Positions 50,941 to 64,000 of a stretch of DNA of 64,000 bases are shown here, piece after piece. The stretch is from the NCBI RefSeq assembly GCF_009914755.1, contig NC_060935.1; one strand, written 5' to 3'. The translations under genes were made by a program, and so were the position numbers. Below the pieces are notes generated by a model that saw nothing but the letters and a program-made list of their open reading frames with translations, was not told the DNA's origin and searched no databases. Positions within the stretch are counted from its first letter, which is position 1. Each line of letters begins with the position of its first letter. This DNA comes from the human T2T-CHM13v2.0 reference genome, Homo sapiens.

Positions 50941-53900
50941 AGTCTGCAGTGCTTAATATGTGTGAGCTCCTCCCCAGGCTCCTCTCCCCTGGCCATCGGT
51001 TTAAAAGTCTCTTGAGTGTAGGAACCCCATCTTATTTATTCTCAAATCTCCCACAGAAGCTGGCACAATCTCTTACACATGGTAATGGTCAATATATATG
51101 TATTCTTGGCTTAATTAATGACATTGCAGGACAGCTTTATCCTGGTGATCTTTTGGTATTGCTTCCATATATCTTGGATTTCTGGGACAGAAAAAATTTT
51201 GTGTCATTATATTCTATCCTGAAGTATATCATAGAACATGATCTGATTTTTATACTTTTGTAATACTTCTCATGTAATTGTATTCATAAATACATTTTAA
51301 AAGCCTGCCAAGTTTATGCTACAGGTCCTGTATGGTGTGTGTGTATTTTATTTTTTATCTCTATAAGAAGTAAATTAGAGGAATTTGGAGACTCCTGGCA
51401 TGTAGATTCTTATGCACTTCCTTCTCTGACTCAGCATAGTCATCGGCCAGCAATAATAACCTGCTCCCTGTGCAGTCAGCTTGTCCAGTTCTTGAGCCAA
51501 TGAGAACCAAGATTTATGTTGTATTGAGAGCTCCCTTCATCCAGGGGTGAAGAGAGGCAGGAGAGGTCTGATGTAAATCTGCTGCCTTCTGTTTTTCAGG
51601 TCAGAACACCTGGGTTCAGCGAGGAGTGTTCAGAGCCCCAGGTGCTAGATAAGCAACCAGCTCTAGATTCTTCTTTCATATCATCATGCACAGGCACAGT
51701 CTCCTCCCAGGTGCCTTGTCTTGGACCGCAGCTCTGATCCCAGCTTAGTAATCTTGAACCCGAATCCTAGTCACCTAGTTTTCGCCCAATATCTACCCTA
51801 ACTCAGACAGAATCCATGTCACTATTAATTGCCTCCCCCAGAATTGTCCCTGCCTAGAAGCCACTGGCACTGTGTTTACCTGTTCCTTCAAATTGGCCAA
51901 ATTTCTCAAATATTGATGATGGAGTTTATTGTATCCCCTTACAATTGGGTGGTCACAGCCAGTGCTGGTTGGTCCACTCAACCCTCAACTCTTGCCAGCG
52001 TTGGCAAGAATCCCATTCACCATCTCCTCCATTCTCCTTGTATTAATCCTCCAGCATGCTTGGAGACAGGGTCACCAGTGGAGGCATTTAGAACATTGTT
52101 AAAGTGGGTTATTTTAGTAGACATTGCCTAGATTTGGGATTCTACCTTGCTTTTCTTATCCTTAGGCCACTGGATACTGATGCTGTCTTTCTGCATTCTT
52201 GCAGATGGGAAAATCCAAGAGATGGGATTTGAAAATGAGCATCCAGCACTGGGTTGTTTAAAGTAACTGGCATGAATGCCTTGTTCATACCATGGGGTAT
52301 CCAGACCAGTGTTCAGTTCCAAATGCCTCTACTGTGCCCCTTATATCTTTCTTGATGTATCAATTACTGAAGAATGTCATCTCCATTTGGGATTGGTGGC
52401 TAGGTGACAAAGAGAAGATAGAGCTATTTTTCTAACTTATTTTTCAGGAGAAAAATATTTTTATAAAATATTGTCAAATTGTCAAGCTTGCTCCCTGTGG
52501 GACCCTCCTATTGCTCAGAGTTTCTGACTTTGCCTGTCTTCTTACCTCTTCCCTTGAAACTTGCTTTTCCCTCCCTCCCTCTTGCCTTTCCTTTCTCTTT
52601 TCTTCACTCCTCCTCTCCTTCTCTTTCTTCTTTCTTCTTTCTTCTTTTAGGGGGCAAACCATAGCTTCACTGTTTGCTTTCTAGTGCCCTTGGTATCTAT
52701 CATACATTCTCTTCAAGTTCTTTTACTTTAGTTATGAACTACAATACAATCCTTAACTATTTTCAGAGGAGTTGGGCTACCTTGGTACTTTCCTTTATTT
52801 CCTAAAGGGTGCAGGTATTTCTTGAAAAGCTTCCTAAGCATCAAATGACATCTACAAAGGCCCAGAAATTGTTGATTCAAGTAGATTCTTTGCAAAGTCA
52901 CTATTATAGTCTCCAGAGCCTTGGTCAATAAATAGCAAATCCAGGAGACCTAAATAATCATTTCTGAGATTGTATACTTGGTCTTAAAACAGTCCCAGCT
53001 AGTGTCATACTCAGAGCCTGGACAGGGAGAAGAGGGGGAAGAGTTACAAAATTTCCATTTAAATTGAGAATCTTTCCCCTGGAAACCCAGAGGCCTCTTT
53101 GCTGGCCTCCTGCTGTTTGCTTCCTTTTATGCATCCTATTCGGAGGATGGCATGATTATTCCCTAAACATATTACTGCAGCTCTTCCGGCAGATTCTCTC
53201 TTCTAGGAATGTCACAAATGAATTACCATACGGTGTTGGCATGGGGCCTCAGCCAGCAGGAGCCAATTATTTAAAAAATTTCCAAGCAAATCAGATCAGT
53301 GTTTCGCAAGTTACTGGCCAAGAATCTTCAGAAAGTCGTGTGGCGTCCCTTTGCCACAATATGCATTGCTGACCTAAATGTGTACAAATCTCATCGTCTC
53401 TAAGTCGACACCCCAAGCCCTGTGGGTTTTGTGAGGGACACCAGCTCACAATCATTTGCAGAAATCCAACGAGATAACTTCACTTATCAAAACTGTAAAT
53501 GGATGTTTGATGAGATCAGATCATTACGTTTTCTTAATTAGGCAGCACAGACTCCCCCTTGCCAGATGGATTGAGCCGCACCTATTTGTGACACAACTTC
53601 ATCACACTTTGCCTTGCTGTCAGGGCCGTGTTTCAGGGAGGAAATATGTTCCCTTGGCTAGATTAAACATACGCCATCCAAATCTGGCATCTTCTTCTAT
53701 AAGTAAGAGACTTTGCTGAATTGGAACATGTAAGAATGTATGTCATGGTTAAAATACATTAGCAATCAGCAAATGGGGAGATTCTGCCACGTCTGATTTG
53801 AATTCTTAACAAAATCATTTATTTATGGAAAGAATGGACTCTGCTTTTATTAGTTAGCACATCAAATGGGTATTCAAAAATATTTAGCCTGAGGGATAAA

Positions 53901-54930
53901 AGAATAAGCACAAAATCAATGTGTCACAGGGCCAATTTTTGTTGTTTATGTTTCTTTGAACTGTCAGGCTGTCTGGAGATGGTTCTGTCTCTGACGACAG
54001 GTGCTTCAGAGCAGCAAGGAATTTATGTCACTTAGACAACAACTTCAGGACTTTATGTCTCTTTCCATCAGGCACTTCTCCTGCTAAATTCTTTGTGGTA
54101 AAGTTTTATTCTGTTTATTTTTATTCTGCTATCAAGAGAAGTAGGGCTCTCCATGGTCACCGATATCCATATACTGTAGAACTTTTACTAACTGGAAAGT
54201 ACAGGTTCATTTAAACACTGAGTACACAATAGAAAAGCATGTTTTAAAAATCATAATGAGAACGTATGAGAAATTTTAGTGTCTACTTTTGTCTAAACAG
54301 AGCTGTTTTCTTGGATTCTTTTTATTACATTATAACAGGGTCTAGAATACATTATTATCATTTCTCAGAATTATCACTGTAGGAGATCAGTCTGAATTGT
54401 TGTGATCTCTAGGCATACATCATCTGTGATTATGGACTACCATATTGAGAGGGATTTTGTTGTTATTGCTGTTGTTTGTTTCTACTTCCCCTTTTCTCCT
54501 ATAGGAGAAAAATATACTGCTATTCACTGAGATACTAATTTAGGATATTTTCAGTTATTTCCCAGCCTATGAATAGAAATGAATCATATTAACAATAAAA
54601 CTTAAACTTTAATAGTCACCATATATTTGTATATAAAGTGCAGGAATAGATTTGCAGTTTCCTGCCTCCAGGTGTTTCTGGAAATTCTGCTGAGGTTGCC
54701 TTAAAGGCATCCAGGCTTGGTCCTGGTTGTTCCTTGCTGTTATACCAGCCTGGCAAGGACTCCTGAGCTGCTGCTAAGAGTGGTTCCTTGCCTGACTGTT
54801 CACGCCATGGCTTCTTGTTGCAGAACCCTGTGCTCTTAATGCTGCAGAGCTGCAAATCTGTCACTGCCACCTCTGAGTAGATCACTATTAAGGGACCTTG
54901 GTCAGCACTGCTTTTATGAAGGAAAAAAGG

Positions 54931-55252
54931 TGATATGATTTGGCTCTGTGTCCCCACCAAAATCTCACCTTGAATTGTAATAATCCGCATGTGTCATGGG
55001 AGGGACCTGGTGGGAGGTAATTGAATCATGGGGGCGGGTTTTTCCTGTGCTCTTCTCATAATAGTGAATAAGTCTCATGAGATCTGATTGTTTTATAAAG
55101 GGGAGTTCCCCTGCACAAGCTCTCTCTCTTGCCTGCCACCATGTAAGATGTCCCTTTGCTCTTCCTTTGCCTTCTGCCATGATACCTCTTTCCTTTATAA
55201 ATTACCCAGTCTCAGGTATGTCTTTACTAGCAGTGTGAGAAGAGACTAATAC
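54931..55252 (+). mobile_element. THE1 (C/D-like) MaLR solo LTR with a small internal deletion
   Basis: tgatatgatttggctctgtgtccccaccaaaatctcaccttgaattgtaat...aattacccagtctcaggtatgtc...gactaataca. Confidence 0.93.
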
Positions 55253-58200
55253 AGAGGGGGAATATCACTTTTCTCTACATTTTCCTCAAGCAAGGGCTTT
55301 GGTGGTGGGAAGCAGGGTTGAGCACAGGGTTATTACTTGGACCCCTGTTGTTAGGGCTCATGGACACAGCTGTCTTCTTGTCCTTGAGCCTTTTCATTGC
55401 TGTGCAGTGCAAGCCATTGCTGTTCATCTCATTGAGCTGGGATGAATTCTCTTTGCTCCACCTTGAGATGGCCCTGCAGGAGATTCACAGAAGGCAGAGG
55501 ATGCCCTGGGTGCTCATAGTGCCATGGCAGCTCCATAGTCTATAAGGAGGTGAACTGTTTCACTCAATGGGAGGGTGCTGCAATTCAGACCAGCAGCATG
55601 TCCCAGCTGGGTGGCTCAGATCCCAAAGTGTTAGCAAGTTCTGTGAATAAGTCCTTTCAATTCACACACACTGCCCCCTTTCTCCTTTAGGGCACACACA
55701 GCACCATGGTGGCTGGGCTGGGCTGGCTTCCCACGACAGCTGCAAGTTGCATCTGGAGCCATCAGTCCCCTCCTTCCTTCAGTTCTGAAGCTGTGTCTGA
55801 TTCACTGTGACAGCCCCTCTCTCATGGGTCCCATCATCCCTCCCTGCATCTCATTTCTGTTGGGAATTCCCAAAGGTAAGCGTTGGATATCTCTGATGAT
55901 GTCTTACCTACTTTGGGTAGGGCTCCAGTTGTTATTTCCAAGAGACTCTTTAAACCCCATTTGAATTAAATGACAGGAGAAGAGAAAAAGCATTAATTAA
56001 CTCCATATGCCTGACATATTGAGAATCATCTCTGCTCCTAGCAGGATCCTCACAGAACAAGGTTTTCTGTTGCCTTCTTTCACCTTATAGAAAGAAACTT
56101 GTGTTACATAGCCTGCCTTTTCAAGTTTTTTTTTTTTTTTTTTTAAAATAAGGGACCTCAGAGTGGTACAAATTATATGTATTTTTACACTTTTTTTACA
56201 TTTTAGTCTTTAAGTAGTTTTACTTGGGTATAATGGATATATAATAGATTGCACATTTAAAGTGAGTGTACAATTTGATAAGTTTTGACATATGTATATA
56301 CTCATAAAACCAGAGCCACAAATCAAGATAATAAATACATTCATCATCCCTCCAAAATTACCTCTGTGCACCTTTAACTCTTTTTCTTTATCTGGCTTCT
56401 TTCACTCAGTGTAATTATTTGAAATCCATCCATGTCATTGTATGTGTTAAGAGTTCATTCCTTATTGTTGCTAATATTCCAATGTGTAGATACACTGCAG
56501 CTTGTTTATCCAGTTACATGTTGATGGATATTTGGATTGTTTCCAATTCTTAACCACTACAAATAAAACTGTTATGAATCTTCATGTCCAAGCCTTTGTG
56601 TGAACATATGTTTTCATTTAAATAGGGTAAATTCTTAGGTGTGAAATGGCTGGGTCATATTATGGTAAGAATATATTTAAATTTTTAAAAAACTGCCAAA
56701 CTTTTTTTCTAAAGTACCATTTTACATTCCCACCATCAGTGACTGAAAGTTTCAGTCCCTCCACATCCTCACCAGCTTTTGGTATAATCAGTCTTTTTAG
56801 TTTTAGTCATTCTAATATATGTATAGTGCCTGTCATCGTTTTAATGTGCATTCCTCTAGTCTAATGATGTTGAGCATATTTTCATATACATATTTGATAA
56901 TCATGTGTCTTCTTTAATGAAGTGTATATTTGACTTGTTTGCCCATTAAATAAATTGTTTAACATTTCTTACTCAATTTTAGGAGGTCTTTACATATTCT
57001 GGATACAAGTCCTTTCTTAGATACATGTTTTGCAAATATTTTCTTCCAGTCTGTGGCTTGTCCTTTTCTTCTCTTTACTCAATTGGCTATTTGTTTGAAA
57101 ATGGGATCTTGTAGGGTTAAACGAGGCCATTAGTTACATTTAGTTTTTGTTCACCTTCTTCCATTCTTTCATGGGGCATATACCAATTAAAATCCATACA
57201 CTTTGTTTTTATGAACACATTATATACGGATAAGAATTAATGACAATTAATGCCAAACTAAAACAACTAAGTCATTCTGCTGGGATTAGCACTGGAGACA
57301 AACACTGTACAAAATTCTGGAGCCTCACCCAGTTTTTAAATAATTTTTTAGGTCAATGAACCATTTCGAGTCAATTTTTAAAAATAGTGCAAGGTATGGA
57401 TTGAAGTTTATCTTTTTGCAGGGGGAACATATAGATAAATAATTACTTCAGCATTTTTTGTTGAAAAGACTAAAATATTTTCATCTTTTGTTGAAAGTCC
57501 TTTCTCTGCTGAATTGTCTTTGCACCTTTTTCGAAAGTCAGGTGTCCATATACATATGAATTTGTTCTGAGTTATCTATTCATCTTCATTTTTCTATTCG
57601 TCCATCTTGGCATCAATACTAAAGTGTCTAGATTACTGTAGATTAGTAATAAGTTTTTAAATAAGGTGGTATTTTTTATCTCCCTCTCTGTCTCTTTATT
57701 CCAGTTCTGGATATTGTAGGTGCTTGCATTTCCTTAAGATTTTTAGAACCAGCTCATTGGGATTTCATCAGAATTGAATTATCAATTTGCTGAAAGCTAA
57801 CATCATAAAAATATTAAGTTGTTTGACCCATAAATGGAATATTATCTCTCTGTATATTTAGATATTTAATTTCTCTCAATATCGTATTATAGTTTTTAAT
57901 GTAGAGGTATTGATGTCACTAGTTACATTTACATCTAAATATTTAATATTCTTATACTATTGCAAAGGATATTTTGTAAGACTTTTAATTAGCTCTAGTT
58001 GCATATTCCCTTGTATTTTCTACATAGAGAACCATATCATCTGCAAATAAAAACTGTATTACTTCTTCCTCTCCAACATGGGTGTTTTTATTTCTTTTTC
58101 TTCTCATATTGCAATGGCTAGAACTTCCAGAACAATGTTGAATAGAAGTGCCAAGAGCAAATAACCATGCCATGCTCCTAATTTTATGAATGTAAGTATC

Positions 58201-59004
58201 TAGTATTTCACCACTAAGTGTGATGTTAGCTGTAGGTTTTTCATAGATGCCATTATGGATTGAAGAAGTTCTCTTTTATTGCCAGTTTGCTAAGAATTTT
58301 TTCCAATCATGAATGGATGTTGAATTTTGTCAATTACTACATCTATTGAAGTGATCACGTGGGTTTTTCTTTATGAGTTAATATGTTAAATCTATTGATT
58401 TAAAATGTTAAACCAACTTTTCATCCCTGGGACAAACCTCACTTGGTCATGATGTATTGTTTTTTATATGTTGTTGAATTCAGTTTGCTGAAATTTTATT
58501 TAGAATTTTTGTGTTGATGTTCACAAAGAAGCTTGGTCTGTAGTTTTCCTTTTTTGTAATGTCTTTGCCTAGTTTTGGAATCAGGGTATTGCTGGCTTCA
58601 CAGATGAGTCAGAAGATAGAATTTCCTCCTATTCCATTTTCTGAAAGTATTTGATACAATTCATAGATGAAGCCATCTGGGCCTGAAATTTTATTTATTG
58701 AAAGGAAATTTATTTAACTGCAAATTTATTTTCTTCAATAGATATAGAGCTATTCAGGCTACTTCTCTTTCAGTGATCTTTTGTAGTTTGTGTCTTTCAA
58801 GGAAATTGTTGATTTCTTTTAAGTTGTTGAATTTATGGGCATAATATCATTTTAATATCTGTAGGATATATAAAAATGTCAATTCTCTTATTTCTGATAT
58901 TGCTAATTTAGTTCTTCTCTCTTTTTTTCCTGATCAGTCTGGTTAGAAGTTTCATTAAATTTCTCTATTGGTTTCTCTGATTTCTCATTCCTTGACTTCC
59001 ACTC

Positions 59005-59458
59005 TGATATAGTTTGGATGTTTGTTCCCACCCGAATCTCATGTTGAAATGTAATTCCGAGTGCTGGAGGTGGTGAAATGGGTCTGGTGGGAGGTGTTTG
59101 GATCATGGGGGCAGATCCTTCATGAATGGCTTGGGCCATCCCCTTGGTGATAAGTGAGCTCTTGCTCTGAGTTCACATGAGACCTGGTTGTGCAAAAGTG
59201 TGTTGTGCCACACACTTTTGTTGCTCCTGCCTTCTCTTGCCCCACCCTCTCTTGCTCCTGCCTTCACCATATGATGTGCCAGTTCCCCCTCTGCCTTCTG
59301 CCATGATGATAAGCTTCCTGAGGCCTCATCAGAAGCCAAGCAGAAGCCCAGCACTGTACTTCCTGCACATTCTGCAGAACCATGAGCCAATTAAACCTCT
59401 TTTCTTTATAAATTACCCAGTATTTTCTTGTAACAACACAAGAACAGCCTCATATACA
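59005..59458 (+). mobile_element. MSTB-like MaLR solo LTR inside L1
   Basis: tgatatagtttggatgtttgttccc...tggatcatgggggcagatcc...cagaaccatgagccaattaaacctctttt. Confidence 0.92.
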
Positions 59459-60411
59459 TTGTGATATTTATTATTTCTTTTCTTCTGTTTAATATGAGTT
59501 TAATTTACTCTTCTTTTTCTAATTTCTTAAGACAAAAACTAAGGCCCATTAATTTGAGCCTTTGTCTATTTTATAATATAGGCATTGAGTGCTGTAAATT
59601 CCACCCAAGTACTGCTTTAGCTGTGTCCCCCAAAATTTGATTTGTGTTTTACTTTTCATTCTGTTCAAAATACCTTTTATTTCTTTTTGTTTCCTCTTTG
59701 ACTCAATATGTCATTCAGTTTCCAAATATATGGGAATTTTTCCAGTATGTTTCTATTACTGATTTTGAATTTAATTCCACTGTGGTCAAAGAACTTTGAA
59801 ATCTTTAAAATTTTAAATATATTGAGACTTGTTTAATGGCCCAGATTTTGATCTATGTTAGTAAATGTTCTGTATTTTCCTGAAGAGGTTGTGTATTTTA
59901 TTTTTGTTGAGTGAAATGTTATATCAATGTCAGTTGGGTCAAGTTGGTTAATGGTGTTGTTCAAGTCTTCTATACTCTTGGTTGTTTTATTCATTATTGA
60001 AAGATGGGTATTAAAATCTCTGACTGTAATTATGGACTAGTTTATTTAGTTCCTTGTAGTTCTATCATTTTTTGTTTTACACATTTTGAAACCATATTGT
60101 TAAGTGCATAAGCATTTAGGATTATTATGCCTTCTTGATGAATTATTCCCTTTACAATTACAAAATGACTGTCTTTATTGTTGATAGTATTTTTTGCCCT
60201 GATATCTAATACTAATATAACCACAACAACTTTCTTTTGATTAGTGTAAGCATTGATGGCATTAATTAGTGTTGATCAGTAGTACATTTTTCCATCCTTT
60301 TGCTTTTAAGCTTTTTGTGTTTAAAGTGTCTTTCTTGTAGGCAGCATATAGTTGAGTTTTGCTTTTATATGTAGTATAATAATCTTTCCCTTTTAATTGG
60401 CATGTTTAGAC

Positions 60412-60663
60412 CAAGAATTGGCAAACTTTTTCTGTAAAGGACCAGATAGTAAATATTTTAGTCTTTGTAGACCAAGTCTATATGACCTTTGCCTTCTCCT
60501 GCTCCTCCCACCTCTTCTTCCCTCCTTCTTTCTCCTCCTTTCTCTTCCTTCTCCTCCTTCTTAATGACTCATTAAAAATGGCAAGACCATTCTTAATCAA
60601 GGGCTGTACAAAATCAGGCTACAGGCCAGATTTGGCCCATGGGGCTTAGTTTGCTGACCCCTG
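60412..60663 (+). mobile_element. MER58B-like hAT-Charlie MITE inside L1
   Basis: Both ends present (ttggcaaactttttctgtaaagg; tagtttgctgacccctg); 8-bp TSD gtttagac / gtttatac. Confidence 0.9.
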
Positions 60664-62564
60664 GTTTATACCACTTATATTTAATGTGATTGTATTGTTA
60701 GGTTTAAAAATATATCATCCTGTTATTTTTTCTCCTTGTGCCATCTTGGTTTTTTATTGTCGCTGTTCCCTTTCTCTACTTTTTATGTCTTTTTTTGGAT
60801 TAATTAATTGTTTGTAATTCTATTCTATCTCACTTTTGGCTTACTAGCTGTGTCATTGTTTTGTTACTTTAGTGCTTGTTTTAAGGTTCATAATACATAT
60901 CTTTAATCACATTCTATCTTCAAATGATATTATACAGTGTCATTATATATAATACGTATTAGACTTATATACTTAGATTTTTCCCCTCTCATTCTTTGTG
61001 CTAATGGTGTCATACATTTTAATTTTACACATGTTGCAAATCCCATATCATTATTATGATTTTGGTTTAAACAGTCAATTATTTGTTAAGGATACTTAAA
61101 TAATAAGAAAAAAATCGTATATATTTACTGATGTATTTACCATTTCCAATGGCCTTCTTTCTTTTGTATAGATCAAGATTTCCATCTAGTTTCATTTTCC
61201 TTTGCCTTAAAGGACTTCCTTCCTTTAACATTTCTTGTAGTACAAATCTGCTGCTGATAGACTCTTTCAGCTTTGTACATCTGAAAAAATGTTTATTTTG
61301 CTTTTTTTTTTTTTTTTTTGGAAACACTTTCCCTGAGTTTAGAATTTTAGGTGACAGTTTTTTCTTTCGCAGCTTTAAAGATGCTGCTCCACTCTCTTCT
61401 CCCTTGAATTAATTCCGATGAGAAACCTGCTGTCATCCTTGCCTTCGTTTCTTCGTGCATAAAGTGTCTCCCTTGACCTCACCTTTGGATTGCTTTAAAG
61501 ACTTTCTGTTAGTACTGGTCTTGTCCAATTTGATTATGATTGTCTTTGATGTAAATTTCTTCATGTTTATTGTGCTCAGGGTTTATTGAGCTTCCTATCT
61601 TTGTGGGTCTATAGTTTTCGTCAAACTCAGAAAAAAATTGGTAATTATTTCTTCAAATATTTTTTCTTCTTTCTTCATCTTTCAGGGTCTCCATTTAAGT
61701 AAATATTAGACTGCTTGAACTTGTCCCATAACTTAATTGTATACAATTCCTTTTTCTCTGTGTATTTCATTTTGAACAGTGTCTATTGCTAAATAGTTTG
61801 TTTACTAATTTTTCTCCTGCAAAGTTTAATACGCTGTTAATCTCATCTAATGTAGTTTTTATTTTAGACATCATAATTTTCATCTCTAGAAGTTCATTTT
61901 GATCTTTTTAATATTTCCCACATATTTATTTAAACTTTTTGAACATATGGAAATAATTTATAAGAACTGTTTCACTGTTTAACATTCTTTTCTGCTAGTC
62001 TAACATCTGTGTCTTTTCTGAGTTGGTTTTAATTAACTGGATTTTTTTCATTATGAGACATATTTTTATGCTTCTTTGAATGTCTGTCAGTTTTTGATTG
62101 GATGCCAGACATGAAGTAACTTGTTGGGTGCTGGCTAGATATTTATCTATGAATTCATATAAATATTCTTGAGCTTTTTTCCAGGACAAAATTCAGATAC
62201 TTGAAAATACTTTGATTCTTTTCAGTCTTGGTTTTAAGATTTATTAGGCAGCACTAGAGCAGCCTTTAGTTTAGGAAAAATTTTGCTAATTCTGGTCTTT
62301 CATACTCCATCTTGGACAGAAACAAAAGTCTTTTTGACAAGTTTTTAATTTTAGAAAACCTATTAAAAGCCTAAAAGAAAATTGCACCACTTAAGGTGCC
62401 AGCATCAGGAGTCAACCCTGTTTAGGTTAGTATTTCACTCCTCTTAGTTTTTCTGGATAATGTTACTGTCCTCTAATATTTTCTTTATCTAATAAATAGA
62501 TATATTCATAAATAGTGATCTACATTCTTACTCTTTTACAAAATTTTACTTCTTTCTTTTAGTT

Positions 62565-62670
62565 CACATATGTTATATATATATACAACATATAAGATAT
62601 ATATAACATAAGATATATATATATAACATATATATATAACATAAGATACATATATATTCATATATCTATA
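62565..62670. repeat. Interrupted (TA)n microsatellite
   Basis: atatatataacataagat-type units. Confidence 0.9.
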
Positions 62671-62764
62671 ATTTTGCAATTTCTCTGATCTGCAATGTTT
62701 GATAAGGGGTGGACTTAAGCAGTATTTTAAGTGATAAGATTTTAAGTGGACCTATGTCTATATG

Positions 62765-64000
62765 TTCCAGTTTCTATTGCCTATAACAAATTAAATCTAA
62801 ATGACTTTTTAAAAAATACTTTATTATGTTCATGGATCACACAAGCTGGGAATTCATATGGAGTACAGTAGTGTTGGTTTAGCTCTGTTTCATGATGTCT
62901 GGCACTTCTGCTGGGACGTCTCACTGGCTGGGGGCTAGAATCATCTGGAGATATCTTCACTTACATATCCAGTAGTTTATGCTAGCTGTAATCTGCAACC
63001 TTATGTGGGGCAGTCAACCTCAGCATGTACATACGGTCTCTCCCTAAGACCTGGACTTTCTCACAGTGGTTTCACGGCAGTTGGACTTCTTATATCATGA
63101 CCAGGGCTCCAAATGCAAGTGTTCCAGTGTACAAAATTGAAACTGTATCACTTTTTATCACCCAGCCTTGGAAGATGTATGTCATTATTTCTCCTTTACC
63201 CTATTTGCTAAAGCAGTTGCAAGCCCACGTGGATCCAAGGGAAGGGATGAAGGCACCACCTCTTGATAGAATACTAGCAAGATTACATTGTGGAAGTGCT
63301 TGTGAGATGCGAGATATTGTTGCAGTTGTCTTTGAGAAATATAATCTGCTACAGTCTGCCTCTGACCACAAAAAGATTCACATCCACTTTCACATGTAAA
63401 ACTCAGTTACTCCCCCATGCCCTTCAAAGTCTGATTCCACTGTGGCATCAGTTCAAAGTCCAAGATCTTGTCAACTAATTTTTGTTCAGCTGACCTTAGG
63501 GCTTCTCTGGTGCATCTTGTCTAGTATAGTTCTTGCTGTAAAGTTACATGAGTTAAAGTAACAATTTATGTGCCTCTCATTCATGCACACATCCAGGTGA
63601 GAAAGGCATATGATAATCAGTATAATATTCCTATTCTAAAAGAGGGAAATGAAAGGCATACAGCAGTCACTGATCCATTGCAATTCAAAAATTCAGCCAA
63701 GCACATGTCAGTTTCTTAGGTAGGGCTCAGTCCTACACCCTGGAGTTGTCCTCCATGACTCTTGGCTTCTTTTTCCATAAAAAAATTTCCATGTTTGCAG
63801 TTACGTAACCTTCTCAGCCTGCTTTCTGTCCATAGGAGCTTAGGGATTCAAAGATCTCTGTTTACTTTCTGTTTTCTCTGTCCCTTTCTGTCCAAACTGG
63901 TACAATTCCATTAAACATTTTTGGGATTCCTGTGTTATTATCTTTTTCCACACTTTTTTTAGTTAAACCCCACCCTCCCAAATCTCTTTGAGATTAACCC
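62765..64000 (-). mobile_element. MLT1F/G-like LTR (~62765-63370) plus adjoining MLT1 internal sequence running off the window
   Basis: gtttctattgcctataacaaatt...ggggctagaatcatctggag...tctgaccaca, then catcagttcaaagtccaagatc typical of MLT1-int. Confidence 0.7.

Larger units (their letters stand above)
56200..62300 (-). mobile_element. Long decayed L1 (L1MC-like), 3' UTR to ORF1 region, with nested insertions
   Basis: Antisense L1 throughout; ORFs 57985 (LFADDMVLYVEN, RT), 60042 (GIIHQEGIIILNAYA, endonuclease) and 61079 (LQEMLKE, ORF1 C-terminus) are L1 relics. Confidence 0.92.

Noticed and set aside
51360-52400. Possible antisense ERVL gag-like relic
   Set aside because: Only vague similarity by eye, with no motif I can defend; needs a profile-HMM search.

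Overview
Primate (Alu-bearing; an AluY-type copy implies a catarrhine, very likely human or great ape) intergenic or deep-intronic DNA. I find no supportable protein-coding exon, RNA gene, CRISPR array or CpG island. The supplied ORFs are chance ORFs or relics of transposable elements. Much of the window is interspersed repeat: six near-full Alus plus one 30-bp Alu stub, several L1s, L2/MIR/CR1 fragments, MaLR and ERVL LTRs, hAT MITEs, and a ~4 kb decayed ERV-L-type pol with readable RT, RNase H and integrase motifs. All repeat subfamily names are from memory of consensus sequences, not from a search. The most unusual structure is non-genic. (1) A ~510-bp inverted duplication (43401-43911 / 45032-45533) flanks a 1.12-kb spacer, shows an identity gradient suggesting arm-to-arm gene conversion, and has a decapitated Alu at one junction. 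(2) A ~175-bp templated insertion, copied from 2.2 kb downstream into an old L1, has re-priming and snap-back filler at its junctions. (3) Further small template-switch scars occur at ~24.35 kb and 43.83 kb. (4) A five-layer nested insertion lies at 16.2-17.9 kb. There is also a strong CTCF-like motif at ~6.78 kb and several + strand splice-site pairs that could belong to a non-coding transcript. I cannot support a claim of a new biological system. The best leads are a candidate invertible segment and a local cluster of template-switch repair footprints.
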